This document shows positions 39,761-51,197 of a stretch of DNA of 64,000 nucleotides, piece by piece. The translations under genes and the position numbers were made by a program. The stretch lies in assembly GCA_965153285.1 (NCBI GenBank), contig OZ229111.1; one strand, written 5' to 3'. Source of the DNA: Podarcis tiliguerta. Its lineage: Eukaryota. The notes under the pieces were generated by a model that saw only the letters and a program-made list of their open reading frames with translations, made no database searches and was not told the origin of the DNA. The stretch's first letter is position 1. Every line of letters begins with the position of its first letter.

Positions 39761-40474
39761 AAACAGGAAATGGGATTATACAGTATATATTTGCTTAGAA
39801 GTAGCTCTTTGCACTTTAAACTTGTAGCTATTGCTTGGTTGTTCTACCCTCGTCCCCATTATAAGCCTTCCTAATGAAGTTATTTAAAGGACGTTTGTTC
39901 TCTGTTTTGATTCAAGCTCTGCTGAAATGAATGGACTGATACCAGTATTTTTCTGTTTTTCTGCAGTAAGCGGTGAGGGGGCCAAACATGAAAAACATTA
40001 CATTAAGAGTATGCAAGTGCAGAAAATGTCAGTGAACAGGCACTTGTGCTTGTGATATTCCTCTTGGGAAGAAAAATGTTGTGTTAGAATTGGCACTGCA
40101 CTTTTGTTGTAGTTTCCACTAGCTTTCAGTGCCACTTGTGCAGGAGAATATCATCACAAGTGATGCCATGTGCATACCTGTCTTTTAAATTTTGTTTGTC
40201 TTCAGGTTATGAACAAATCCTTAATAAGCAAGTTCTATTATTATTTTATTGTTATAATTATTAGCTGTTTTCAAGCATTTCAGTAAGGTTTCATATTAAT
40301 AGCACTGTAGATGTATAAGAAGCAACAAGTTATTGGAGAAGTGGCGGAATAAAGTTGGAGCTATCTGTGGAGGGACATGAACCTCCTGTACATACTGTGT
40401 CAATGGTAGATTTTCTGGTTTCTTACATGAAATTGGCACATAGTTTTCTTTCTAGTAGTATACATGAGTATAGG

Positions 40475-40630
40475 GCACAAGCTAAGTGGAACCTCTGTGT
40501 TCAGAGGCGGTATAGCAGTAAATACCAGTTGCTAGGACAAAAATCAAGGAGATCTTTTGTCTTCTTGCCCTGCTTTGTGGGATTTCCAAGAGACATCTCA
40601 TAGGCTGCTGTTAGATCCAGCAGAACTCAA
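40475..40630 (+). mobile_element. CR1-like 3' UTR remnant
   Basis: GGAACCTCTGTGTTCAGAGGC..AATACCAGTTGCT..CCCTGCTT..GATCCAGCAG resembles the recalled squamate CR1 3' end. A similar piece lies at ~60445-60610. Confidence 0.5.
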
Positions 40631-41224
40631 AGGAGGTGTGAGTCTGAAAATGGTATATACCTTTTGCTTGAGCCTAGGTAGTTCTTTGTGCCCTGGCTAT
40701 TGTCTGCTAGTGAGTTTAAAAAATGAATTAGGGGCTTAACTTACAATAAACTTTCATTTGAACAAGGCTTTTATCTGGGATTTCTATCTTCTTGAATGTT
40801 TAATGACCTATTGTCTAGGTCTAAATTGTTGCAGCATCTCTAGCTATACCCTGTAATCATTTCAGGACTGCGGATAGTTCCTTTGGTACCAATATAATTT
40901 GTAGGAGGGTTTATGCATTATGAAGAGAGAGATGCTTTTATAGCAGGTGGATATTTTAAAGTTGTCCAAGTTTATTTAGTTGTTTAATAATGAATAAGAG
41001 GCAAGAGTTCATGGGAAATTGTCAAGGGGGCACACAAATGTAGTTTAAACATTATAAGATATATGCTGCTTATTGATTTATGTGCTCTGTTTAAATGAAA
41101 GTGAGCTTCATTTTTGTATATAGGAAAGATGTCAAATTATTGTTAATTCTCATCCATATGCAAAAATAAAACAATGTAATATATTCTCTCTCTCTCCTTC
41201 TCTCTCCTTCCTCTCTCCAACCAG

Positions 41225-41383
41225 GCCCGATACAAGCAGAGTCTTGATCCTACAGTGGATGAAGTTAAAAAGCTATGCACCTCATTGCGTCGAAATGCCA
41301 AGGAAGAGAGAGTTCTCTTCCACTACAATGGGCATGGTGTCCCCAGACCAACAGTAAATGGAGAAATATGGGTCTTCAACAAG
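41225..41383 (+). CDS. RPTOR: RPTOR coding exon (equivalent to human exon 4), RNC domain: [53 protein letters not shown]
   Basis: Translation matches the recalled Raptor N-terminal conserved sequence. A (CT)-rich tract and CAG acceptor end at 41224; donor is AAG|GTACAC at 41384. Length 159 nt, phase 0/0. Confidence 0.98.
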
Positions 41384-43717
41384 GTACACGATTTGCAGAT
41401 CGAGTTAAATCATGGTCCCTTTCATGTCAAATTTGCTCAACACTTATCAAGAAACCAATAAAAGCGTTATTGCTAATGTTTGATTTTAGAGCTTCAGTTT
41501 GTTCACACCTTTATGTACCCCCACATTAAGTTGTTATGAACTTCTTGTAACTCCTTTTTTTGAAAGGGTACCTGCAGTCCTTCTGGAGGAGCTCCCTCTG
41601 CATTAGTGTGTGCACATAAAGAGAGCTAGATTACAGAGATAATAATGATGCTAGATAAAATACATAATTAATGTGCATGTCCAAATTTCCTCCTGAAGAG
41701 GATTCCAGAAATTGCTCTTCAAATTCCATACGCTAGTAAAACACTGTTACACAGTGCCAGCAATGGGCATGGTACCTTACCTTCTAAGGAAAAATACCCC
41801 CGCCCCAACACTGAACAAGTCTTCAGTGGCATACCTTTTAATGCACTTGGCTTTGGTCATTGTGATCTTGCAGTGTATGCTATAAACGTAAGAAACATGA
41901 AATGCATTGCCAGGATTTTCAGCTTGCCTTTGTGGTGTTGGAAGCCGTAACCCACTTTGCATTCAGAATCCTTATTAGCCTTACTCCAGACAGCAAATCT
42001 GCCACAAGAGCTTGTACTAGACATCAAGATGTCTTCTCACTTGCATGGAGATGAGAAGTGGGTGATAGGTTATGATGATTGATTACAAGTTGCACTTACC
42101 CAAATGTGTTTTGCCTTTTAAGTAACACATTTACTACCTCCAACAGGTGACTGATAGTGAAACAGAGACTTTTATTCAGCAGTTTATTTACCGCCTTGGG
42201 GTTGCTCCTAACTGTGTTTTATAGCTGGTTCCATATAGCTGAGGGAGAGTTGCTCTTGGATGTTTATATGGTCAGTTCAGTTTCAATTTTTTTGTTTTAT
42301 TGTTCCAAGTACAAAAATGTAGTTGTTCAGTTTGCAGTGCATTTTGCAAAAAGTTACCATTTCAGCCCTGTGTGGAGGAGAGGACTTAGGTTCTTTCATT
42401 CTTTCTATGGAGTAGCCTCAAAGACTTACGTCGTAGTTTACTAATGTTGCTGGCTAGTAATTTGGCAGCAAACAGATCATGTGTTTTTCATGCAAAATGT
42501 CCCCGTGTTCAATTTGAGTCAATTCCAGTTTAAAATGTCCAGTAAAATAGGTGGTAGTGAATTTCCACTGTCTGCTGAAGGAAGACTATACTGGAGCATA
42601 TTACCTGGTATAAGGCAACTTCCTTCCTAATAGAGCTCAGAACTCAATTAACATTCATCCCAACACAACACCAAATATTTAATCTAGATCTGGTGTTTAA
42701 AAACAATAAAAAGAGATCTTAATGAGTTCTGAACGGTAAATAAGATAGAAATAATGTGATGCTGAATGTGCTACAAGAATGAAGGAAATAAATTACTGAT
42801 GAATGAAATTTGGATGTTGTGCCAACAGCGTTATTAAGTATTTATTTATTGTGCCTTTGCCAGCTATCTTGCCTTATCAGCTGGGGTAATCTGATGAAGA
42901 CTCCACTGTCTATTATTAGGAGATGTCTTAAAGATTTGTAGCCCAGGTTACGAAGGAGGACTGGATTTGCATAGGTGGAATGTGAAACATGATATATTTG
43001 CCTATCAGAAGGGGAAGTGTGCTTTCTTTCTAACAAAAAAAAAAAAGCAAGACAAGGGAGGGAGGAAATGCTCTTGCCCTCTGCTTCCAAACAGCTATGT
43101 TCTGTACAGCTTGAAGTTTCAAAGATTCTAATGCGGAGTAAATGCCACTGTTTTGTTTTAAGACGAATTCTAAAAAATATAACTTCTCCCAGTGGTCCTC
43201 TTAGGTAGTGCATTAAAATCCAGCGACTGCACATTCACTAGCAATTGGATCAACCTACTACGGAGTGTCCCTGAGATGCCCTTGGTGGTCGAGATATAGT
43301 TGTGACCTTTTTTTTTTTTAGCTGTAGAATTGTTGCTTCTGATCAGAGGCTCTGCAAATTATCTCTTTGCCCTTCAGTGGAAGACCTGTGAGTTTTCAGT
43401 GAGCCTGTGCAAGTCTAAGCACCCATCATTTTCTAGTTGTGCTATATTTATAAGAGATTAAGGATAATATATTCTGATACATAGATTAAAAAGGATAAAC
43501 CCTTCAGGAAGTATTATTTCTGTCTGATTTGTTTCAGCCAAAAAGCCAGATCTCAGTTGTTTTGTTTAACTAAGCAGACTCTATTTTCCACAGGGATCCA
43601 AGTGAAAAAGGACTGTGTGGCATAGTTTGAATAAGTCACTTTAAAAAAGTTAATCATTAAATTGAGTTGATCTTTTTTTTAAAAAAAAGTGTGTGTGTTG
43701 GTGTCTCTCTCTGTATG

Positions 43718-43720
<3 letters not shown>

Positions 43721-43750
<30 letters not shown>
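43721..43750. repeat. (AC)15 microsatellite; other CA/TG runs at 1334-1355, ~16682-16700 and ~19953-19972
   Basis: Read directly. Confidence 0.95.
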
Positions 43751-43752
<2 letters not shown>

Positions 43753-45384
43753 CACTCTTTTCTGCCATGCATCCCCCCTTAACTTGATTTTTTTTATTCC
43801 TCTTGTCATGATTTGCATAATGTGGTGGCTAGCTTAATTTTTCAGGACTGCCTTATAAAGCAAGCCTAGTTTTTGGATGTTTAATCTAGTCTGACAGATA
43901 AAGAGGAACTTAATAAATAAATAATCTGCAGTGCATCTATGTTCACTTAGTTGGAAGGAGAACTTGCTTTTCATCCTCTGTATATTTAAGCATGAGAAAG
44001 AGAGACAATTGCAATGTGTTTCTTCTCCTCTTCTGCCCCCCCAGATTATATTGCTTTGAGATGGGGCATTTAGGGATCAAAGGTACTGTTTGTCTTCAAG
44101 GACTTCACTTTGGTACAGTACTTTCAGCACACGTAGGAGGAGAGAGCACCTCAAAAGGATTTGGAGAACATTTATTGGTACATTCTTCTCCTTCCATTCA
44201 CCTCTTGCTGCAACAAGACCAATGTTCCACTGCAGTATGATAAAATGATTTCCCACTCTTTTGAAGACTTGCAGTGCTCTAAATTTGCTTTGCAACTTGG
44301 CAGACAAAGGAAAGCAGCTAATGAGATGCTAATGGATTACACAGAAAAAGAAAATTGACATTCTCCCGGCTCCCCTCCCTTGCTTTCTTTTATATTTTAT
44401 GATTCCATTAAAATCACAATTTTTGACCGTAAAGTCAAGAAACCCTCAAAGTTGTTATATTGGCTTTACAGTATTTCAGGTACATGCCAGTGATTTGTAT
44501 ATTGAAGAAAGATGATGCACTGTACTGCCGGGGGGGGGGGGAGGGGGACCAGAAATATTAATGGTTGCTCTTTTTCCTTGGTTGCTTTTTTTGTAATCTT
44601 TGTTAATCACTCAGAAAGTAGCCAAGCAATTCTACAGTACCACAGGTGCACAGAATTTGCAAATTAAGTTAAACTGTAAGACAGAAATCTGTTTTATTAC
44701 CATGTAAGTAACTGGAAGCTGTTCCATGTTTTCTGATAGGTTCAGCAACTTCATAGGTTATACAGTAATTTGGTTAAAAGAAGTGGTGATTCATTTACTT
44801 GCCAGAGGTCTCAGCTCTATCTTTGTGCTTAGTTTTCAAGGCAACCATAAGTTTGCAAAATTGATGACAATTCAGTGAGTCTTCTGAGATAAGATGTCTC
44901 TCGTTCATGATTCAGGAAACAATACATTTTCCGTACAAGGATGTGAATTTATTTTGCTTAGTACAAATATGCATAGGGACATACCCAGTATAAACAGCTA
45001 GTAATAGTTAACATATATTATTTTCACACACTGGTAGAATTTCACCTAACATTACAACATGTTCAGCTTATTTCTCAAGTTGTTCCTGGCTCTTTTTATG
45101 ACCACAATCTCTGATACATGCATTATGATAATACATAGTAAGTGACAAGTGAGCAGAATTCAGAGTAAATTTGAGAACATTTTCACACTGGATGAACTCT
45201 TGTATTACTTTATGGGATGGTAAATGATGATTCCATAGCATCATTTATTTCCATTATATTTGGAATTGTTTCTTAACCCTGAAAACAGAAGTAGCTTGTT
45301 TAATCCTTCTGAGTATTGTAGGCAAAGGCTGCTGTTCACTGTGCAGTATAATATATGTGGTTTTTTTGTTTGTTTATTTTGCAG

Positions 45385-45531
45385 AACTATACACAGTACA
45401 TCCCTTTATCCATATATGATCTACAGACATGGATGGGCAGTCCCTCTATCTTCGTGTATGATTGCTCAAACGCTGGCCTTATTGTCAAATCTTTCAAACA
45501 GTTTGCCCTGCAGAGGGAGCAGGAGCTGGAG
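45385..45531 (+). CDS. RPTOR: RPTOR coding exon (equivalent to human exon 5): [49 protein letters not shown]
   Basis: Raptor sequence continues in frame from the previous exon. Acceptor TTTTGCAG, donor GAG|GTGAGA. Length 147 nt, phase 0/0. Confidence 0.98.
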
Positions 45532-48500
45532 GTGAGATTGTGGGAATGTGAAGAGGGCATTATTCTTTTAGACTTTAATAGGATCAAGTGGGGGAGGGAC
45601 CATGGGATCACGGCTAGTGAGAGCCGATCATACTGTGCTTGATGGAAAGATACGTCTAGCAACAAACGTGTAGGAGACTGAGCTGAAAAAAAGAACCTAA
45701 TTTGGGAAGAGTCTTGCAGCTTTAATTTAGTTCTGATTCTGTTTGCTTTCCAACAGTATAACCATGGCCATTAATAGAACTGTTAATTAAATGATAACAT
45801 TAATAGAATCTGCTTATGCCCTAATGGTTTTTACAGAGGAGATGAATGCAAGGTTGAAGTAGGTCTATATATCTCTTACACATTGCGTACTTAGATCTGC
45901 ATAGAAATCTATTACAGTATCCTTACTCTTGCAACCAAATGTGCAACCGCTAAACTAAATGCTTGAAAGAGTTACAAAGAAGGAACTTGCTGTTGTTGCC
46001 ATTAATTTTGCAGTGTGAAGAAGTGCCCTGGTGTTAATAAAAGGCGACATTTTGTGGTTTTAGTATTAAATTTATTGTGGCAAATGTGAATAGCAGAAGA
46101 CGAAGCCATTAAATTTAAGAAGCTTTCACTTACGCCTTTGACACTGAATTTGGCTGAATATTTTCTCTGTACTTTGTAACTGCCAGAGATGCCTTATTAG
46201 AAACCAATTTCTTATTTTTATGTTGCTAACTCCTTTCCATCTTTTAAACTCTCACTTTGAATGCTAGAAGCTGAGCCAAACAGATCTAAACAAGATTTTA
46301 TCAAGGTTGTCCATGATTCTAATATTTTACTGAAACAAAACTACATTTTTTCCCCAAAGCCAGTCCTTGCTAAATGTTTATTTATTGACTTCCTTGCCTT
46401 TTAATTTCTACCTAATAATGGCTGTTGTCTCCCCATAGAATTTGTAGGCATAGTGTAACAGCACTTAATGATTCTAGTGCTCCAGTCCATCACAATTTAT
46501 CTATAATCTTCTTACCTGTTGGAGTTTTCCTTCTCAAATCCTTTTATAATTTAAAATACACAAAAATCTTAGAGATGTGCAGTGACTCAGGTACTTTAAT
46601 AAGCTCTTTGGTCTCTTGTAGAGCATTACTGTAAATCAGGGGTGGGCAACCTTCACTCTGTGGGCCACATTTCGCCTGCCAGGTTGTTTTGAGAAAGCCA
46701 TGCCCATCTATGAGGCAGGTAAGGGCAGGACTTGGCCAAAAGGGGCTTTGGTTGATCAGCCACTGTAACTAGGGAAATGTGTGCGGCCTTTGATGCTGAC
46801 CTACTGTAAAGCTGGGAACAAATCCTTTCTACGGTGAGGGATAAACAATATCTATACATTGCCTGATGAAAAACATTTTAATATTAATCCACTGTTTTTT
46901 GTAAGTTGCTTTGTTTATGGAAAACCTTTGCTCTCTGGCTGCTAATCCAACATTTCCCTCTTGGTGCCTGTTTAGATTGCAATAACCTTCAGCCTTCGCA
47001 TGCCAAGTATTGCTGTGGATTAACTGGCTAAGAAATGTGCTTTTCAATTTCAAAGTATACTGTTTATAGGAAATGTTACATATCCTGTTAAAAATGCACA
47101 CTGCAATTTTTAAAAGTGGATCAAGGATTGCACTTTTTAAAAAAATGCCAAATGTGCAACAATGTAAAAGTGCACCTTAGGTTTCATAATTAACTTAGAT
47201 TTTGATCTTGGTACTTTATTTTTAATTAAAAAGAAGAAATGCCTGTCTGTCTCCGCCTCCCTCCCACCTCCCATTAGGCTTAATATTATTGGCTATTGTT
47301 CAGATGGTTGCTTGTATAAATAACGGATATTAAAAAGACAAAACATGCCCATGGTTATCACTTGTAAATATTTATTTTGGTAAATATAAATACTTCCAAT
47401 TTAGATGAAGGCAGCCCATGCATTGTGGAGACTGGAGGCTATAAGCTGCATTTATTCAGTGCTGTTTGAAATTTATTTTCTGTGTTCCTTTAAAAAGGGA
47501 TTGACCTACTGGATTATCGACTCATGGAGTAATTTGACATACTTTTTAAAATTTTGGCCTGTGATAGTAGTAGGGATTAAGGGATTGCCAGATGGTGTAT
47601 TGAACTGGCAGTTCAGAAATAGTTGTATAAATGGTGTTTAAAAAATATGAAATAGTAGCAATGTGAAGCTTATGGTATAGATTGTCCTGTTGCTTCTAAC
47701 AGTCATTAATCAATGAGCTAAACTGCCCGGGAGGCCTCTTCAGTTCAGGATTCTTCTATTCATTTTAGATGTCTTCATAAGTATAGGCCAGTGTTTTCCA
47801 AACTTGTGATAGTTTTTAAGGCTCGCCCCCCCCCCCCCATGTAAATGGAATATGAATTTCACTCACATATTAGCTATCGACTACACGTATGTAGACCTTT
47901 CTCTCTGTGGAGAACTACATCATCTGCTATGATTCATAGGAAACAATTTTTGCATTATGGGTTTGAATTCATACCACAAGCATGTTCCTGTCAGCATTAT
48001 GAAAAGAAGCTGCTTCCTCTGTGGGTGCAGGTTGGGAATGTTTGCTCTTGTCTTTAAATCTCAATGGGAAGGCTGCAATTAGGAGGAATTCTTCCTCAGC
48101 ATGAATAGTGCTCCTGAGGGACAAGAAGATGAAGGGCAGAAATGCCAGTTCAGTGTTCTGAAAATGTTAAATGCCAATTCAGCTATTTTTGTACTGTTTT
48201 GTTAAACCAAAGATGAGAACATCTTCCTTGTTACTCCACTTCTAATCACCCAGAAGGGAAGACTTCACTTTTATAAAATGCCTTGTTGACTTGACAGAAT
48301 CCCAGTGGACAATCCAAAGTTCTGTGTTAAGATTCTAGCAATGTTCTGACCCTAAACAAAAGATGCAATGTGCCACTCAGTGGTGTGCAAACAGTACAGG
48401 CGTCTTTTTTCTTTTTCTTTTCAAGTTAATAGGACAGTAGGGCAGTGTTGCAAGAGACCAATACCTCAGATATATTTCTTCTGTCTCCGGTGATGAAATG

Positions 48501-48626
48501 AGCCATTGAAACAGGCAGCCAGTACCAGTTCTTGAGTGGGAAATGGTTCTGAAATTTTCTGACACCAGCAATCTATTCCTCCCCTAATAAGTAGCCTCTT
48601 GGGAGGGGAGGATGAGTAAATGAGTG

Positions 48627-48630
<4 letters not shown>

Positions 48631-48669
<39 letters not shown>
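48631..48669. repeat. (GA)19 microsatellite
   Basis: Read directly. Confidence 0.95.
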
Positions 48670-48673
<4 letters not shown>

Positions 48674-49255
48674 TCCACATGAGAAAGAAAAGTGACCCCT
48701 GTGACCCCTGAAGGAGTATCTTGAGAAACTGTGTCCGTCCACAGAAAAGGGTCCCCAGCCCTACATTAAGATTTTGTGTGGATTTACCCTGTTGAACAGG
48801 GACAGTCACCATGGCAGCATCCAGGCACTGTTGGACTGCATTTACTATCATCCCTGAACATTGGCCATGCTATTCCTGGGTCAGATCTCAAACCCACAAG
48901 AAATGGGACCATTCCATTAAATCTGGAAATCATATTCAAAATCCTATTAGGGGGGAACTTTATGGAATCCTTGCTTATAACCAATATATTCTACCATCAG
49001 AAGCAAGGTCAGAGACTACTTAATTACTTTGTATTTCCATGGTTAATTTATATACCATGATATTTGACATAGGTTGCTCATGAAACTTTGGAATTCAGAT
49101 TCCAAATATTTCCAATAATCCTTTTGTCCAAGCCCTCTTGAGGTTTGGCCAATGTGCCTTGCCACCCCTGAATGGGTGGCAATTAAGAGAGAGACTATCT
49201 TTGGAATGCCTGCTCTAGGGAAGCCTGCCTGGCACTTGCATCAATGTCTTTTAGG

Positions 49256-49393
49256 CAGGCATAGGCAAACTTGGCCCTCCAGATGTTTTGGGACTACAAC
49301 TCCCATTATCCCTAACTAACAGAACCAGTGGTCAGGGATGATGGGAGTTGTAGTCCCAAAAAACACATGGGGGGCTGAGTTTGCCTATGCCTG
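49256..49393. mobile_element. Palindromic hAT-type MITE (138 bp)
   Basis: TIR CAGGCATAGGCAAACT/AGTTTGCCTATGCCTG, inner IR GGGACTACAACTCCCAT/ATGGGAGTTGTAGTCCC, perfect TSD CTTTTAGG. Confidence 0.92.
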
Positions 49394-50731
49394 CTTTTAG
49401 GCTTGAAGCATTCCTCATTTTGGGAATGTAATTGAATTGCTGCTGCTGTGTTTTTTTGGTATGTTATTTTAATATTTTCAATATTGTACTTTTATTTTAT
49501 CTGATTTTTTTTTACTGCCCTGGTAACTGAAAATGACTGTTGAAGCTGTGTGGTCCAATTAATAATAAAAGCAGCAGTCTCTGTTGTTAAATGTTTGTCT
49601 TGACCTCTTCCTCAGACTTATCTTGGCCATTTGAAAACCAGATTGAACTTTAGATATAAGGTCTGTTCATGCTGACTCTTAGCAGTGAACACTGGTAGTT
49701 TCAGGGGATATCAGTGTTGTCTCTCAAGGCTTGACCAGATGCATGTATAAATGCATGACTCCGGGAAAGACTCTGAATCCAAGGCAGGTGCTGGGCCAGT
49801 TCAGACAATAAATAGTGCATGTGTTCCAGTCATTTGGCTGCGCTTATTGAGGACTAAAGCCACCCTGTTATAGCTCTCAATTATCTAATTAACTAGCTTC
49901 ATTGAGTTCAGAGTGTGTCTGTAAACACACCATAATTCTGGATAGCTAAATGAGCTGCTCAAGTGCACTGTTGGAACAAAAGGCTGCTTAATCTTCCTGT
50001 GTCATCCCACATAATTGTGTATATCTGAAATGCCTTATTACATGTCAAGAGAAGCTGGAAAGAGGGTGGGGTGGAGAATTTGTGCATATCATAGGACTTT
50101 GCTCGGGATGTATATAAATTAATAGTGACATATGAGCCTTAGGTTCTTAGTCTCCCCACATCCCCACAGCCTTATTTTCATGTCCTTTTTTTCAGTCTCT
50201 GGGGTATTTTATGTTAGAGCAGTAGAATTTCTTGTGTTTATTCCTTCTCTGTGTGGGAATTAAATGCTACTGTGGGAGTGCTTGTTCCTTTAGCCAGAAG
50301 TACGGTACATGACTAACTGCTTCTGATCAGAACTAATGAGATCAAATTTGCAGTTTTGATTTGTTTTCCGTCTTCAGCACAGATGAATCTTTGAAGTTAC
50401 AGTCCAGAGCACTGTTACGGTATATGTCAGTGGTGTGTGGAATTTTCCTAATCTATCATCTTCTGGAAAGAAGAAATTGTTCTCCTTTACCTTTGTTAGT
50501 ACATTGACGTAGAAGATCAGGATGCTGTCGGTTCTGAGAAATCACCAAGCCGTGCCAGCATTCAGAATGATGGGAATTGTAGCCTCAAACCTCCACGTCC
50601 AATACTTTTGACACTATCACTCCAAGGAATAAGCAATTCTTCCCTTGTTCAGAACACACAAAAACAGCACAGTAAAGCCAGTATCTAAACAGCAACAAGT
50701 GAGAGCACTTGATTTTTCTCCTAAATATGTA

Positions 50732-51197
50732 CTGTATTGGCCCGAATGTAAGCTACACTTTCTTCCAAATTCTGACAGTGAAAAGATAAAGGGTGGCTTA
50801 TATTCGCGACCTTATGCTGCTGGCAAAGCGACGTGGTTCCTCCCCACCCCAAGGAAGCAATCCAGGAGCATGGGCCATGGTGCATAGCCCACCCCCTGCT
50901 CCCAAACCTCCCCTGAGCCATCGAGGAGAAGCAGGGGAGGCTGCTGGCCAAGCAGCATGGCTCCCCCTCCCCAAAGAGGAACGCGGGGCAACGGTGTGCA
51001 GCCCACCCACCACTTCCAAGCCTCTCTGGTGCTTGGGGAGGGAGTGCCGGGAGTGCCAGGAGGTGGTAGTGTCAAGATGTGGGTTCCTGCCCCACCCCCA
51101 CCCCCGTTCAGCCGGGAGGCGGACTGCACCCACAAATAAGCCTTGAATTTTAAAGGTGTAGCTTATTTGCGGATGCGTCTTATTTGGGCCAATACAA
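50732..51197. mobile_element. Tc1/mariner-type MITE, family C copy 2, inverted relative to 37555-37911
   Basis: CTGTATTGGCCCGAATGTAAGC...CTTATTTGGGCCAATACAA, flanked by TA. Its termini are reverse complements of the copy 1 termini. Confidence 0.85.

Larger units (their letters stand above)
1..41224 (+). other. RPTOR: 3' part of a long RPTOR intron (>41 kb), upstream exon not seen in the window
   Basis: No upstream Raptor peptide (DPLSMGPQKAL...WQPR) was seen. The region is repeat-rich and ends in an acceptor at 41224. Confidence 0.8.
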
